A stretch of 59,866 bases of DNA, counting the filler, from Bipalium vagum (lineage: Eukaryota): assembly GCA_037834085.1 (NCBI GenBank). It is 3 parts of 3 records of this genome, joined end to end, with 100 filler letters (N's around TTAATTAATTAA, not from the genome) between each part and the next. Parts side by side here need not be neighbours in the genome. Positions count along the whole stretch, not along the records: positions 1 to 27,883 come from JBBMKC010074075.1; 2 more parts are not named here. One strand, written 5' to 3'. Shown here in pieces: positions 1 through 11,700 of this stretch. A program made the position numbers and the translations under genes. The notes beneath the pieces are model-generated. The model was not told the origin of the DNA. It saw only the letters and a list, made by a program, of their open reading frames with translations, and searched no databases. Each line of letters begins with the position of its first letter. Position 1 is the stretch's first letter.

Positions 1-154
1 TATTATAAAATTTAATATCATTTAAGACTAATACTGCATAATTTTATCAAGAAACACTGATTTTACTAATGAAATACAACTGTCTATACAAAACAAAGTC
101 GATTGCATTACTTTTGCACCAACCTAATATATAAAAATTTTAGGTCAATATATT

Positions 155-660
155 TTATAGCAAACATATACATTCATGAGTTCCAGAAATAACTAATTTA
201 TAAGCCCAATTATTACATTTATCACATTTAATTTGATGTCCATGTGGAAAAGTATTCATGCCATTATTATCAATCAATCGTTTATCATCAAAGGGACTTA
301 GGTCAACTTTATCTTGCATATATAAATAAATATTGTGCTTATCAGATTTAATATCATGATTTGTTTTCTTAATTATTTCTCTGTTTAATGCATTTTCATA
401 ATCATTTAAATCTGTTTTAGCTTTTTTATTTATACCTTTCATTCTCTTATCAAATAATAATTCTTTAGGTTTATTATCCATTACTTCATAAGCATTAGAT
501 TTAGATTTTATAAAATAGAATTCTTTAAATTTCTCATCTTTAAGTTGAAATAATTCATTTCCTAAATAATTTGATAGTTTATTTTCTATATCCTTAAGAG
601 ATTCATTTGTATCTAATATAAATTCAATAAATAAAGAATCTGTACCACCAAAATGAATTA
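155..660 (-). mobile_element. C-terminal fragment of a Maverick/Polinton (adintovirus-type) protein-primed DNA polymerase B
   Basis: ORF 155..721 contains GTDSLF (degenerate DTDS motif), FQLKDE..EF....SKS.AY, K.MKGI, IKSDKHNIY, KVDLSPFDDKR and TFPHGH. This is the motif order typical of Maverick/adintovirus PolB C-termini. The 5' part is cut off by a Tigger relic. Confidence 0.75.
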
Positions 661-684
661 AGTAGAAATGATTTTTGTGATTCA

Positions 685-960
685 AACGTTGACTTGAAAG
701 TTTCAAACATAGACATAACATTGTGTAAAGAGCGGTGTGCGATGAAGCTGCTCATGCAAATTATATGAATGTTTAAGAATACATGTCCCGCATTACCACA
801 CATTTGTAAAGGTTATGAGCCGAAAAATATTTTAATGCTGACGAAACAGCTTTATATGTCCGTGCTCGTCCAAATAAAACACTTATAGAAAAATAAGCAG
901 AGATAACAGATTTTATTTTTGGCAACAAGTTCTGAAGGTGAAACATTGAAATGTAGTGAG
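685..960 (+). mobile_element. Tigger/pogo (CENP-B-like) transposase remnant
   Basis: Broken + frames read LESFKHRHNI...LPHICKGYEPKNI.NADETALY..ARPNKTL, matching the pogo/Tigger GY....IFNADETGL motif. Stops and frameshifts are present. Confidence 0.75.
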
Positions 961-1453
961 TGTGTATTGAAATTCGTCTACAAATGTGTAGAAAAGCCGA
1001 GAGGAAGTGTGGATCCATTTGACAATACTTCATTTATACATAATATTTCACCTTGATTTGTTAAATAAAAACAAATATAGTATTTGTTTAAGTTTGATAT
1101 TATTTACAATATATAAATTAAACGCATGTTTATGAGAATTATTGAATAATTAAAAATATAGATTCTAATTTTTCCTTGTATTTACAAAATAAGAAATGTA
1201 ATATTAAAAATAAAATGTAACATTTCTTTAATAAGAATCAAAATCCTATATAATTTATAATTAATATCATTTTCAAATACTACTTAAATGAAAGAAATTT
1301 TAAAATTTTATTCTTCATAATCTCATAAAATTAAAGAAAACAGCATTTCTTTTAATAATATATTCTGAATATTATTTTTGTAACATTAATTTTAAAAAAT
1401 ATTTAGTTTAAATTTAACTATTTAACTAAAGTATTTAGAAATTGTGTTAAATA

Positions 1454-3298
1454 ATGACTGAAACCAAAACTGTGATTTGCAATGTATGTTCTACCTCTTT
1501 GATGAATGATTTTGTAGTTATTGAACAATGTGATCATATTATATGCAGTGAATGCTTCAGTATTTTGAGTGAATTTAATTCAAAATGTCCTCTTGACAAA
1601 AGAGACATTGTCTCTATGGAAATCCATTCTGAAGGAAAAGAAGTGTTGAAGAATGTTCCTATAACTACATATTTGGATAATTTAATTTCTAATCGATTTT
1701 ATGAGGTTATTAGATCAAGCTTGGAATGTGTGACTTTAAATTTTAAAAAAATCATTCTAATAGAAAACACTATCCAAGAATTTCAGAAATTTTTAAACAT
1801 GATTTTCAGAGAAGATCATATTGATAGATTGGATAACATTTTTCAAAATATCAGATCCGTTATCAGAAATCTGATTGAATTGGTCAAGAGTATAAATTTT
1901 AAACCCATGTATAAAGCTATGAATTCATTGGACATTACCAAAAGTTTATCCTTTGTCAGTTACAAAATGCACTGTATTAGAAAGGTGTCACTCTTGAGGG
2001 AAAGTATAAAAAATCTGATTGTCAATTACCGGTATTTTATTGTTTCTAAATTGGAAACGTTTCGCATAATATTGAGTTCTTGTGAAATACACTCTTCCAC
2101 CGATTATCTACTGGAACTGCAGAACAGTTTTATCGATTTCAATAGATTCAACGGGAAAATCATCCAGGTTATCAAACTGGTTTTGTTAGACAACTCTCCG
2201 ATATCGGTGAATATTAACGATTTGTATTTTCAATCGGAAAACCTCTGTTTAATTTGTGGATGTATTTTAAATGATGTTGATTTCCGAAAACTTGTGTCTT
2301 GCGAACACAAATTGTGCCTTGTTTGTCTCGATCAGTGTTTGACGGAAGAAATCAGTTGCCCGTTTAAGACGTGTACCATCAGCCAATACCAGACAAATAA
2401 CCGAGAAACTTCAATAAATGTTATCAATGATGAAATCGATTTATTGAATCTAAAAAGCCTGCAATACAAATCTAAGATTGGAGTTTACTTTCAAATCGTT
2501 CGTTCCATTTCGGACGACGATCGAGATTTGAATTGCATTTCGCCTCTGAAATTCCAGGAAACGATTCTGAAACTAGAGAACAGCTTCGAGGATGGTTCTA
2601 CAAAGGAAAACAGGCAACCAACAAAACCTATTAACTACGTTCCGCATGATTGCAGATGTCATTTGCACGACGGCTGTGTTGACGACCAGAAGAAGAATTT
2701 TAAAGATATCGTTCAGAAATTGCGCTGCAAACTGCACAAAAGGAAAGTTGGTGTTGTAGAAAACAATCAGGCTAGGCCAGAAGTGAATCGAACAGTCAAG
2801 CATGAAGATATCGATTTACTGGTCGAATTTATCAATGGGGAAAACGACAAGAAAGTAAAAAAGGAGAAAAAGAACAAGAAAAACAAAAAACCTAAATCAG
2901 ATATCAAATCTACAGAGACAAAAATCCCGTTAAATTTAATTTCCGATAATATCAAATTAGATAATCAATTTCATGGTGAAAATCTAAAATCATCAAATAT
3001 TAATAATCGATTTTCTTTTGACGACCAATCAAATCTCGTTGTCGATGAATCGATAAATTATGAAGAATTTGGATCAGAATTGGAAAGTGAATCAATTCAA
3101 AGGAAAATCGATAATCATGACCATGATGACGTTTATGATCCGGTAGTTGAAGATTTCAAACGGTATTGTCAAAGTGGTTCATCCGAGGAATGTAAACCAA
3201 AAAAGAAATTGTTGATCGATACTGATTCGTGGCTGCTTGAGTTGGAAAAAATCACCAAAACTGTTAGTTCTCCGCGATACTTGATTAATAAAGTTTAA
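1454..3298 (+). CDS. Intronless tandem RING-finger protein with a FAM193-like C-terminal module (614 aa)
   Basis: RING1 is CNVC..CDHIICSEC..CPLD and RING2 is CLIC..CEHKLCLVC..CPFKTC. The C-terminal part has NFKDIVQKLRCKLHKRK, DIDLLVEFING, a Lys-rich tract and VEDFKRYC, resembling conserved FAM193 blocks. Confidence 0.8.
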   Translation: MTETKTVICNVCSTSLMNDFVVIEQCDHIICSECFSILSEFNSKCPLDKRDIVSMEIHSEGKEVLKNVPITTYLDNLISNRFYEVIRSSLECVTLNFKKIILIENTIQEFQKFLNMIFREDHIDRLDNIFQNIRSVIRNLIELVKSINFKPMYKAMNSLDITKSLSFVSYKMHCIRKVSLLRESIKNLIVNYRYFIVSKLETFRIILSSCEIHSSTDYLLELQNSFIDFNRFNGKIIQVIKLVLLDNSPISVNINDLYFQSENLCLICGCILNDVDFRKLVSCEHKLCLVCLDQCLTEEISCPFKTCTISQYQTNNRETSINVINDEIDLLNLKSLQYKSKIGVYFQIVRSISDDDRDLNCISPLKFQETILKLENSFEDGSTKENRQPTKPINYVPHDCRCHLHDGCVDDQKKNFKDIVQKLRCKLHKRKVGVVENNQARPEVNRTVKHEDIDLLVEFINGENDKKVKKEKKNKKNKKPKSDIKSTETKIPLNLISDNIKLDNQFHGENLKSSNINNRFSFDDQSNLVVDESINYEEFGSELESESIQRKIDNHDHDDVYDPVVEDFKRYCQSGSSEECKPKKKLLIDTDSWLLELEKITKTVSSPRYLINKV

Positions 3299-4119
3299 GT
3301 TCACTTCCCATTTTTAGATTTCATTGATATATTAGAAGTGCTATCAATTTTTTTTAATTATTACAAAAAATATTAAAAATCGATTTTTTCTAAATTTTTG
3401 TAAGGCTTTTCCAAAACTTTATTTCTAAGATTACCTGGCAACAGCAGCGCCAATTAGGCCTTGATATTTGAGTTGATTGGTTTCAGAAACCAGTGTAACT
3501 GTTAATAAAACTTACTCGGTCTCATATCGATTTTTCATACTTTCTGGCCAGTTATCGGGTAATATTGTCCGACTGCTTGTAGATATTGGTCTGGAAAAAT
3601 TTTCGCTATAAAAACTTATCGTAAATCATTAAATATAAAACTAAATCGAGTTTTTAGTTATTTATGGAATGTTTTTCGTGGTTGGAGGCCGATGATCAAT
3701 ATTTTAGACTTTTCGGAAATGTTCCAAACACTTCACTGAACAGAATGAATCAAAGTTATTAAATAATTTTCAGCTGAGCTTTGCAATTTAGAGTTTTCGT
3801 TCGCAAAAATTTGTCCAATTTTTTAAAGTGTTGCGTGGTTCTTTTTATAATGTATTTCCGTTAATTGATCTTTGATAAATTTTGGTGTTAGGATTCATTT
3901 TATTAATATAGATATTTTTCAAACCTTTGTTTTAATTTCAGATCCATTTTGTCTGTTTTGGTTTCCCTCCTTTTGATTGGCGTTTATTTCAATAATTTTT
4001 TGTTAATATAGGTTTAACTCTTTTGTTCTTTTAAAATAAATCCAGCAGAGTTTTTTATGTTACTGGTAAATTATGGTAACGTGACAATCTTTTTTTTTTG
4101 AGATGGAAATGTTACAAGA

Positions 4120-4600
4120 AGGATTCGATTTCTATATTTCAAGTCATGGAAATCGCACGAGTCATTTCATTTAATACATATTATTTGGTTGGAATTGATT
4201 AATTCGTAGTAAATTATATCCATATCCCACCAAACACTTAATAAAACTTTTCTTGGATGAAAACTTGATTTTTGCTGGGCTATTCCAGTTTCCTCGGGAC
4301 TGAACCATTGCCTTTGCCTTTTAACATTGTAAAATATCCAATTTTCGTCCCCGGTAACAAACCGATAGGCGAGAAAGAAAACTTTTACACACAATCCGTT
4401 AATTTCGGTTATTTTCACACAAATCGTGTGGTACCCATTAGCTGAGTCTGGAAACTTTGTTAATTTCTTTTTAGGTGCCGATAAATAGTGGATTTAGTTG
4501 AATTAGGCTCCTTAGCTATTTTTTCAACGGTTGTAACTGGATTTTGTTCAACTGTCGCCTTCAATTGATCGTCATCTAACTCCATAGGTCGTCATCCTGA
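4120..4600 (-). mobile_element. mariner transposase remnant
   Basis: FVTGDENWIFY and HPRKVLLSVWWD motifs, plus an upstream decayed WVPHDL. Confidence 0.85.
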
Positions 4601-5699
4601 AAGTTAGTGTTCCTCGACCGATGGCCTAATTTGAGACAGAGATTCACAGAGTTATTATATTTTCACAAAGTAAATATATTTTATTTAATATTGTTACTTT
4701 ATCTACTCATGCAACCGAAACCCAGCACTTAAGATATTATGTGTCATTTGTATCTTATTTAGTAATTAATGCCTTTTGTTATTACTTAGAAAACATAGAA
4801 GACTATTGAAAAGCCATCGTGAATAATAAGGATTGTGTTATTAACCATAGCAGATTTAGAAAAATGAGAGTGAAAGAAATGTTATCAGTGACGAGTGATT
4901 TTGAAATCACGAATTTCAATAGGAAAATGGTACATAAAATAATTACATTTTTAATTAGTTGAAGAATTAGGATAAATTTTGAACGAGAGGATTTTATCCA
5001 GGTTGGTCTTCAATTATGAAAACCCTTTTGAATAGTAAGGTCCACTTGCACGATAATTTCAGTCATGCTGTCCGTAAGAAGGCATGTACTGATTTTGAAT
5101 TTGTCTGTAATTCTCTATTTTAGAGCGTCCATCAGCTCTAAAGAGAAGTTATACGACTTCAGCCGCATATGCAACATGGACTCACTATCGTAACACCATT
5201 AGGGATCCTGTCACCTTTCTTAATCCATTATGGAAGACCGAAATAATGATCTTTTCAAGGAAGATTTATGAAAAAAATAATATTTAATTTAAGAAATTTA
5301 AAATAATTATTATGGATTTTGGAAAAAATTTGGTTCAAAGGAAATACCGAAATTTGTATATCTACTTATTATTATCATATTAGTATTGGCAAAGTACACA
5401 GTTTATATATTTTCATTTTTTATATTCCATGATTTAGAATAATAAATGGAAATTTTAATTTTAATAAGCTTTTGGGTTAAACAAAATATATGCACAAACT
5501 GGTAAGGGAGAGATCATAAGAGAGAGAGAGAGAAAGATAGAATGTTGAGAGAACAACAACCATAAAAGCAATGATTTGTATTTATATCACAATACCTCAC
5601 ACAAATCATGATGATAATAATAACATTAAATCGTCAAACTCAGTAAAGGGATCACAAAAAATAATAATGTCATAAATGTCTTGAATAATAATCAATAAA

Positions 5700-6930
5700 T
5701 GATAATAATGTTATGTATAAATGTATGATAAGCAATAAAATTAATCGATTAAAACAAAATATCATTTAAAATCAAATGTTAATTAAAAAAATAAAGATCT
5801 GTTAATTAAACAAAATTTACACTATAATAATTACGAAATAATAACAAATGTTAAAGAAAAATATGAATAATAAACAAAAAAATCTTAGGTTATCTTCGTT
5901 TAAAATTCCCGAACTATCAGCTGAGTCTGTAGAGTTGCTCAAAAATAGCCCTCTGATGGGAAACTTAATTATAATCTCAGACGATTTTACAACATCACTG
6001 AAAATACTTGATAGATAAAATTCGTTAATCTTTTTCAATAGAACTTGGAGAACCTTCATCAATAGAATTTGATAGTCGTCAATAAAATTCAATAATTTTC
6101 GTCAATGAAAGTTCCTTGAGCGGTTCTCAGGGCGAAATTCTATTGAAACCCCTTTGCTTTTATACTTTTCAGATGTTGATCTTGACTTAGAGAATATTCT
6201 TGATATAATATCAAAAACATAAAAACTCCTTTAGAATTCCTAAAATTTCTACTTTCTCATTTATCTTTAATTTATGATTACTATTAAAATTACCTTTTTA
6301 AAATGAAATTTCTTTTTGAGAGCTTTCTTTGAAATTTTAGTAATTTTAAAATAAGAATATTTTATACTTTTACTTATTTTTTATTGGTTTTTTATACTTA
6401 ATTAACTTTAATTATTATTTTTGTTATTATTCCATGGACTCTTTTCGCGATCCTACTTAGTATTATTTACTGGGTTGTCTTGGTAAACCAAACAACATTG
6501 ACAATTGATGATGATAATAATAATAATAAGGTTAATAATGCACAATAATAATGATAGTTATTGATAATAACTGATAATATATATTAGTACAATTGTAATT
6601 CAAAATTCCTAAAACTTTTAATTAGTTTTTCTTTTAAAGCTATTAAAGAATAAGTAATTTTCAGCTAAGGTGAATAAGGTTCTGGCTGAGCTGAGTAGTT
6701 GAAGCTCTCAATGATCTATTAGTGGAAAAGAAAAGCTGATATAAAGAAAATGACTGGAGCCAACTTAAAAGCTAATTGATTATTCAGCTCGAGAAAATAC
6801 GTTCAGACTGAGCTGAATAATAAAGGGTTTCCGGCTTATCCATTACCTAATGATAAAAGAGAAGTCATTAGCTGGTGAAGAGACTCTGATTCCTATGTAA
6901 TGGAGTAGCAGAGTCTATATAGTCACACAA
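5700..6930. repeat. LTR-like / dispersed repeat sequence upstream of NF-YB
   Basis: Strand-biased composition like the LTR-type segments at 18.2-19.2 and 39.1-39.8 kb. It has a degenerate ~125 bp direct repeat (TCAGCT...CTGAGCTGA at ~6660 and ~6785) and ends in ...CACA. Boundaries are uncertain. Confidence 0.3.
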
Positions 6931-7555
6931 GAATCAATGTTAAATTAATTAGGAATTGTAAATTGATACTTTTGTTTTCAGAGGTGGTTGAATAAATTTG
7001 GTAAACTTTTTAAAACAATTTTTTATTTTTGCTCTCATAATGAACGGACCAAAAGAAAAACATTTAAGTCAGAAAGCAATAATAAGTAGTTTGAGAATCC
7101 TGGATAAAAATGAAAGTTGGTTAATATTCTTTTGAATATTACCAAAGCAAAAAAGATTTAAAGAAAATTTCACTATAAAAAATATTAATATTTGATTTCT
7201 AATAAGATCATAAAATAAAATTAGTTATTTACATGATTAAATAATAAGTTTAACGATAAATTAGAATCAAGGATGGTTATTTTCGATATTGTCACTAAGC
7301 TTAATAGTACTTGGACAAAAGTTATATCTAACATTAATAATATAATAATTTCACTTGATTTTTCTTTTTATTAATATTAGAATTTTAAAATTTATCTAAC
7401 TATTCTCATAGATATATTTATTTTGTTAAGTATTAAACTCATATTTTAGAAAAATGATGTAAATTAGTAGAAATAAACACAAATTTAATTTTAATTTATT
7501 GAAATATTGATCTTTCAATTACTATTGATATTTGTTGTTTAAATAATATTGTTTT

Positions 7556-7564
7556 AACCAATCA
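7556..7564 (+). promoter_or_regulatory. CCAAT box (NF-Y consensus AACCAATCA) ~75 bp upstream of the NF-YB ATG
   Basis: Match to RRCCAATCA at a promoter-proximal position. Confidence 0.4.
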
Positions 7565-7635
7565 AAACTGTTTTCATAGACTAATTAATCTAAGATTGAT
7601 TGAAATTTATCATATTGTTTACATATTGAAAAAGA

Positions 7636-8648
7636 ATGGATTCCAATCAAGAAAATATTGTCAGTGATAATTTTGATAGTTATTATGATGCAATGGAGCA
7701 TCAAGGACAGCAAGCCGATGGTGATTATCAACAAGAGTTTGAACAGTTATCTCCACTTCGGGAACAAGTAAGCTTGTGTTTTATTTATTTATTGAATATT
7801 TTTTAATTAGGATAGATTTTTACCTATTGCCAATGTTTCTAAAATAATGAAAAAGGCAGTTCCTCCCAATGGAAAGGTAAATTTCTAGAAAATGTTAAGT
7901 AATTCAAAATTTTTAAAGATTTCAAAAGAAGCTAAAGAAATAGTCCAAGAGTGTGTTAGTGAATATATCAGCTTTATTACTAGCGAGTTAGTGCTTCATA
8001 ATTTTGGGATTTGTTATATATTTTGTTAGAGCGGCTGAAAAATGCCAACAAGAGAAACGTAAGACCATCAATGGTGAAGACCTTCTATGGGCAATGGCTA
8101 ATTTAGGATTTGAACAGAGTGTGGAACCTCTGAGATTATTTTTAACTAAATATAGAGAGGTTGAATTTTTTTTAATTATCTGATTACCGTGAAAATTAGT
8201 CTGATTTAAAATTAATTTTAATAAAAATAATCAATAACTTTTCTATAAATCTGTAAATTAATAATGTAATGGAATTGATTAGTATCTTTCTATTGATTTA
8301 TAAATTCATGAATTTAAGGCAAATAAACTTGATTCGTCAATGATGGAGGAAGGAATGGAAATATCTCGAAATTTTGAAAATAACTTGGGAAACCTTGAAA
8401 ATACGATATTCCTTAGAGATGGTATGGAATACGGAACAACAGAAACAGGTCATGATAACAATGCAACAAGCGGAACAATTACATTGAGTACAGACGGTTC
8501 TTCGACAGGAAGCATTTATGTAACGTATCCCAGCTGCACCACTAATGTCAGTGCTGTTTTTTTTTCAAATTTAATAATTGGCTATTTAATTTTTTAGATT
8601 AGTGTAGTAAACGGGTCCACCAATAATGTCGACAATGCAAATCTCTAA
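7636..8648 (+). CDS. NFYB: Nuclear transcription factor Y subunit beta. Six exons: 7636-7767, 7811-7876, 7919-7986, 8030-8159, 8319-8546, 8598-8648
   Basis: Spliced histone fold LREQ|[22 protein letters not shown]|[23 protein letters not shown]|[32 protein letters not shown] introns are in frame and AATAAA lies at 8708. Confidence 0.95.
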
Positions 8649-8781
8649 ACAATATACAACAAATCGTTCATGGCATTTGAAATGTATAGTGTTAAAATAT
8701 TTTAAAAAATAAAGCTTTGTTTCAATATTTTTATTTTCTCAAAAAAACCCCAAATTCCTTGTTAATACTGCTGCTCCTCAA

Positions 8782-11700
8782 TCACAGATATTTGCTCGTT
8801 AAACAATCGATTTCGGCAAGATTGTGATAGTTGTGCTTCAAAAAACCAAATAATTTCTCTAGTTCTAGGTATAATACATAATTGTATAGAAAATCAATAT
8901 AAAGTTATTTAACCTGATATGGCGTGATCTGAAATCATCATTTTTACGAAACCGAACCTCTCGACCTTTACCAGTTCGTGTAGGACTGATTTTATGAAAT
9001 CAGCCGAGTCTAATGATGAAAAGTAAGAATATATTTTAAATGACACATTATATTCGGAACCAGTGCTACCTACCGTTGTATTTAGACAATTCCAATAGGC
9101 TTGAGATAAAGTTTTCCAAAATAAATCCGTCAAGTTTTGTTCCGATTACTAAAAACGATTTGTTTTTAAAAATATTTTTATCGATAATTAATGATTTGAT
9201 TACAAGAACATAATCCGTCGACGCCAGCGTCCAACAGAAGCTGAATGGTTAGTTTCCAGTCAGTCTTCAGACGGATATTGTTGAGCTTCTTGTCAAATTC
9301 GTATTTTGTCATAGGTGTGCTAGTGGACGGTTTCAAGACAAATTCTAATTTAACTTCGGGGAAAATTGAAAATCGATTAAAATACGATATTAAATCTGTG
9401 AGTACTTAGATCACTTGTTGAAGAAGAATTTTGAGCACCATTGATCGATTCAGGAATGGCAATGAATTCCCAGGTATTCGTTAAGTCCTGATTGGTCTAT
9501 GAAAATATTGAATATCAAGTAATAACCAGTAACAATCCATCACAAATCACACTTCTAGTTCCTGAATATTTGTCACAATTATCGTGTCATCGGTGCTGCT
9601 ATTTTGAGAGACTTGGGAATTCATTTTTATAACACCGTTGTCTTGAGACATCTCGAACTCTTCGTTACTGGAATTGTTACACTTAGTGTTCTGCAACTCT
9701 TTTGACATCTAATATTATTATTAACCATATAATTTATCATAAAATTATCAATCTTACTTGAATTATTTTTTCAACCTCATGAAATTCTTCCTTTATTAAG
9801 TTATGATTGGGAGCAATTTTCAAAGCCATCTCGAAGTCTTTAAAGCTTTCCTCAAACATTTTCAAAAGCTGTCAATTTTAAATATTTAATTTTATATTAG
9901 TATTAATGGTAAACACTACAATCTCTAAATCTATTAAACAACCAAACAAATTAATTTTTATGAAATATTTGACAATCAAAATTTTTTCCAATAAAACCAA
10001 GGTATGTCTTCGGTTTTTTCTTGTTTAGATTTGTTTATTTGACGTATATAACTAGAAAATTTGTAAGATCTATTTCTCTATAAATTAATTCAATTATTAT
10101 TTGAAAAATAAATTTTTTAAGTTTAAAGAAATGGAGAACAATATTAGTTTTCAAACCTTAAACACTGAAATCGATCTTAAAAATATTTATATAACCATTA
10201 TATTTCAATCTCACTTTATCACCTTTTTTAAAAAAATATAACACATTAAAATATTTTTGACGTTTTAATTTTTCATTAAAATACGCTTAAATTTCAACAT
10301 ACCAAAGAACCAAAAAAAGAAAAAATTCATTTCTAAACCGGAAACATCAATTTTGAGTAAATACTTTTTCCATTTCCTATAATTGAAGTTTGATTAAATA
10401 ATGAATTAATCCATTCATTAAGTGAAGAATAGTGTTAGGAGACATTTCAATGGATGTTAAAGAGACATAAACACATCCTGTGTATTAAAAAAAGAATAAT
10501 ATCGAAACGATCACCATTACAAATGAAACAAAGGAACCTAAAGGACGATTGTATTGCTGTATGATTACTGAAATCAATATTATATTTAACACAGATTTCA
10601 TACATGCTAAGTTAAAATATTTTCTTGATTAAAAATAAAAAATCAATAATAGATTTTCATTTTTCAAAAAAAGTACGATATTAACAAATTATAATCGAGT
10701 TTAAATAACTAAATCGATAAAAAAAACAATAACAATGATTCAAGTAAAAATGGCTAATTATTATTATTGAAATAAAAAACCATTTTTATTGCTATTTTTT
10801 CAAAAAAATTGAAAAGAAAATCTGAAATGAGTTTAGAAAAAAAATCAAAAGTATTATACAAACTACTCAAACTTTTTTAGTAGAATACCATAACTTTATA
10901 ACGATTTCAAACCATATAGATTCTTATTATGAAAAAGGAAAAAATACATCTACGAGACCTAAATGGAAATTATGTAACTAAGAAAAAGAAAAACGAAATG
11001 TAAACAAGAACTAATTTCACTAATGGAAAATTTTTAGAAACACAAGATATTTTACAATAATGAAAACAAGGACACTTATCTTTGTTTTGTAAGTCAAAGG
11101 CGACTCTACTTTACCTTAAGAAAGTCTCTTTAAACAAAAGTGCAAAATTGAATAATCAGCAAGTCTTTCTAAAAAGTTATTGATTTTTAATTTTCAATAA
11201 ATGCATTACCATCTAGAAAAGCACTCTAGCTTTTCATCTTTATTAATTCTTGACCCTCACAATGAATTCTTTATAGCTGAATAATATTAAAAATGTTGTG
11301 GGAATTATGGGGTGTTCCATTAAGGACGATGCATTTTGTTTTTCGAATAAAGACAATTTATATATGAATAAAATTTTTATTTCAAACTAAGTTACCCGGA
11401 CTATCATATTAATTATAGAACTCAACATCATTCATATGTCTATTTGCTGGATCAATTTTTCCATTACTCTTACACAAATCAGATGAAATTCCATCACTGG
11501 CGTGTTCAATATTGGTTTTGAGAACACATCAAAATGGTAAACATTAATAAATGTAAAAACGAGAATTTAAATCAAATGAAATTATATATAAATCTTATAT
11601 TATAATAATATTCAAAATAGAAAATGCGTCTGTCTTACTTAATGAAACATCCTTTATTATCCTGCTGAAATTAGATTTATCTAAATTTATTTAAATTTAA

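Noticed and set aside
773-1033. 86 aa minus-strand ORF
   Set aside because: It is antisense to the Tigger transposase remnant on the + strand.
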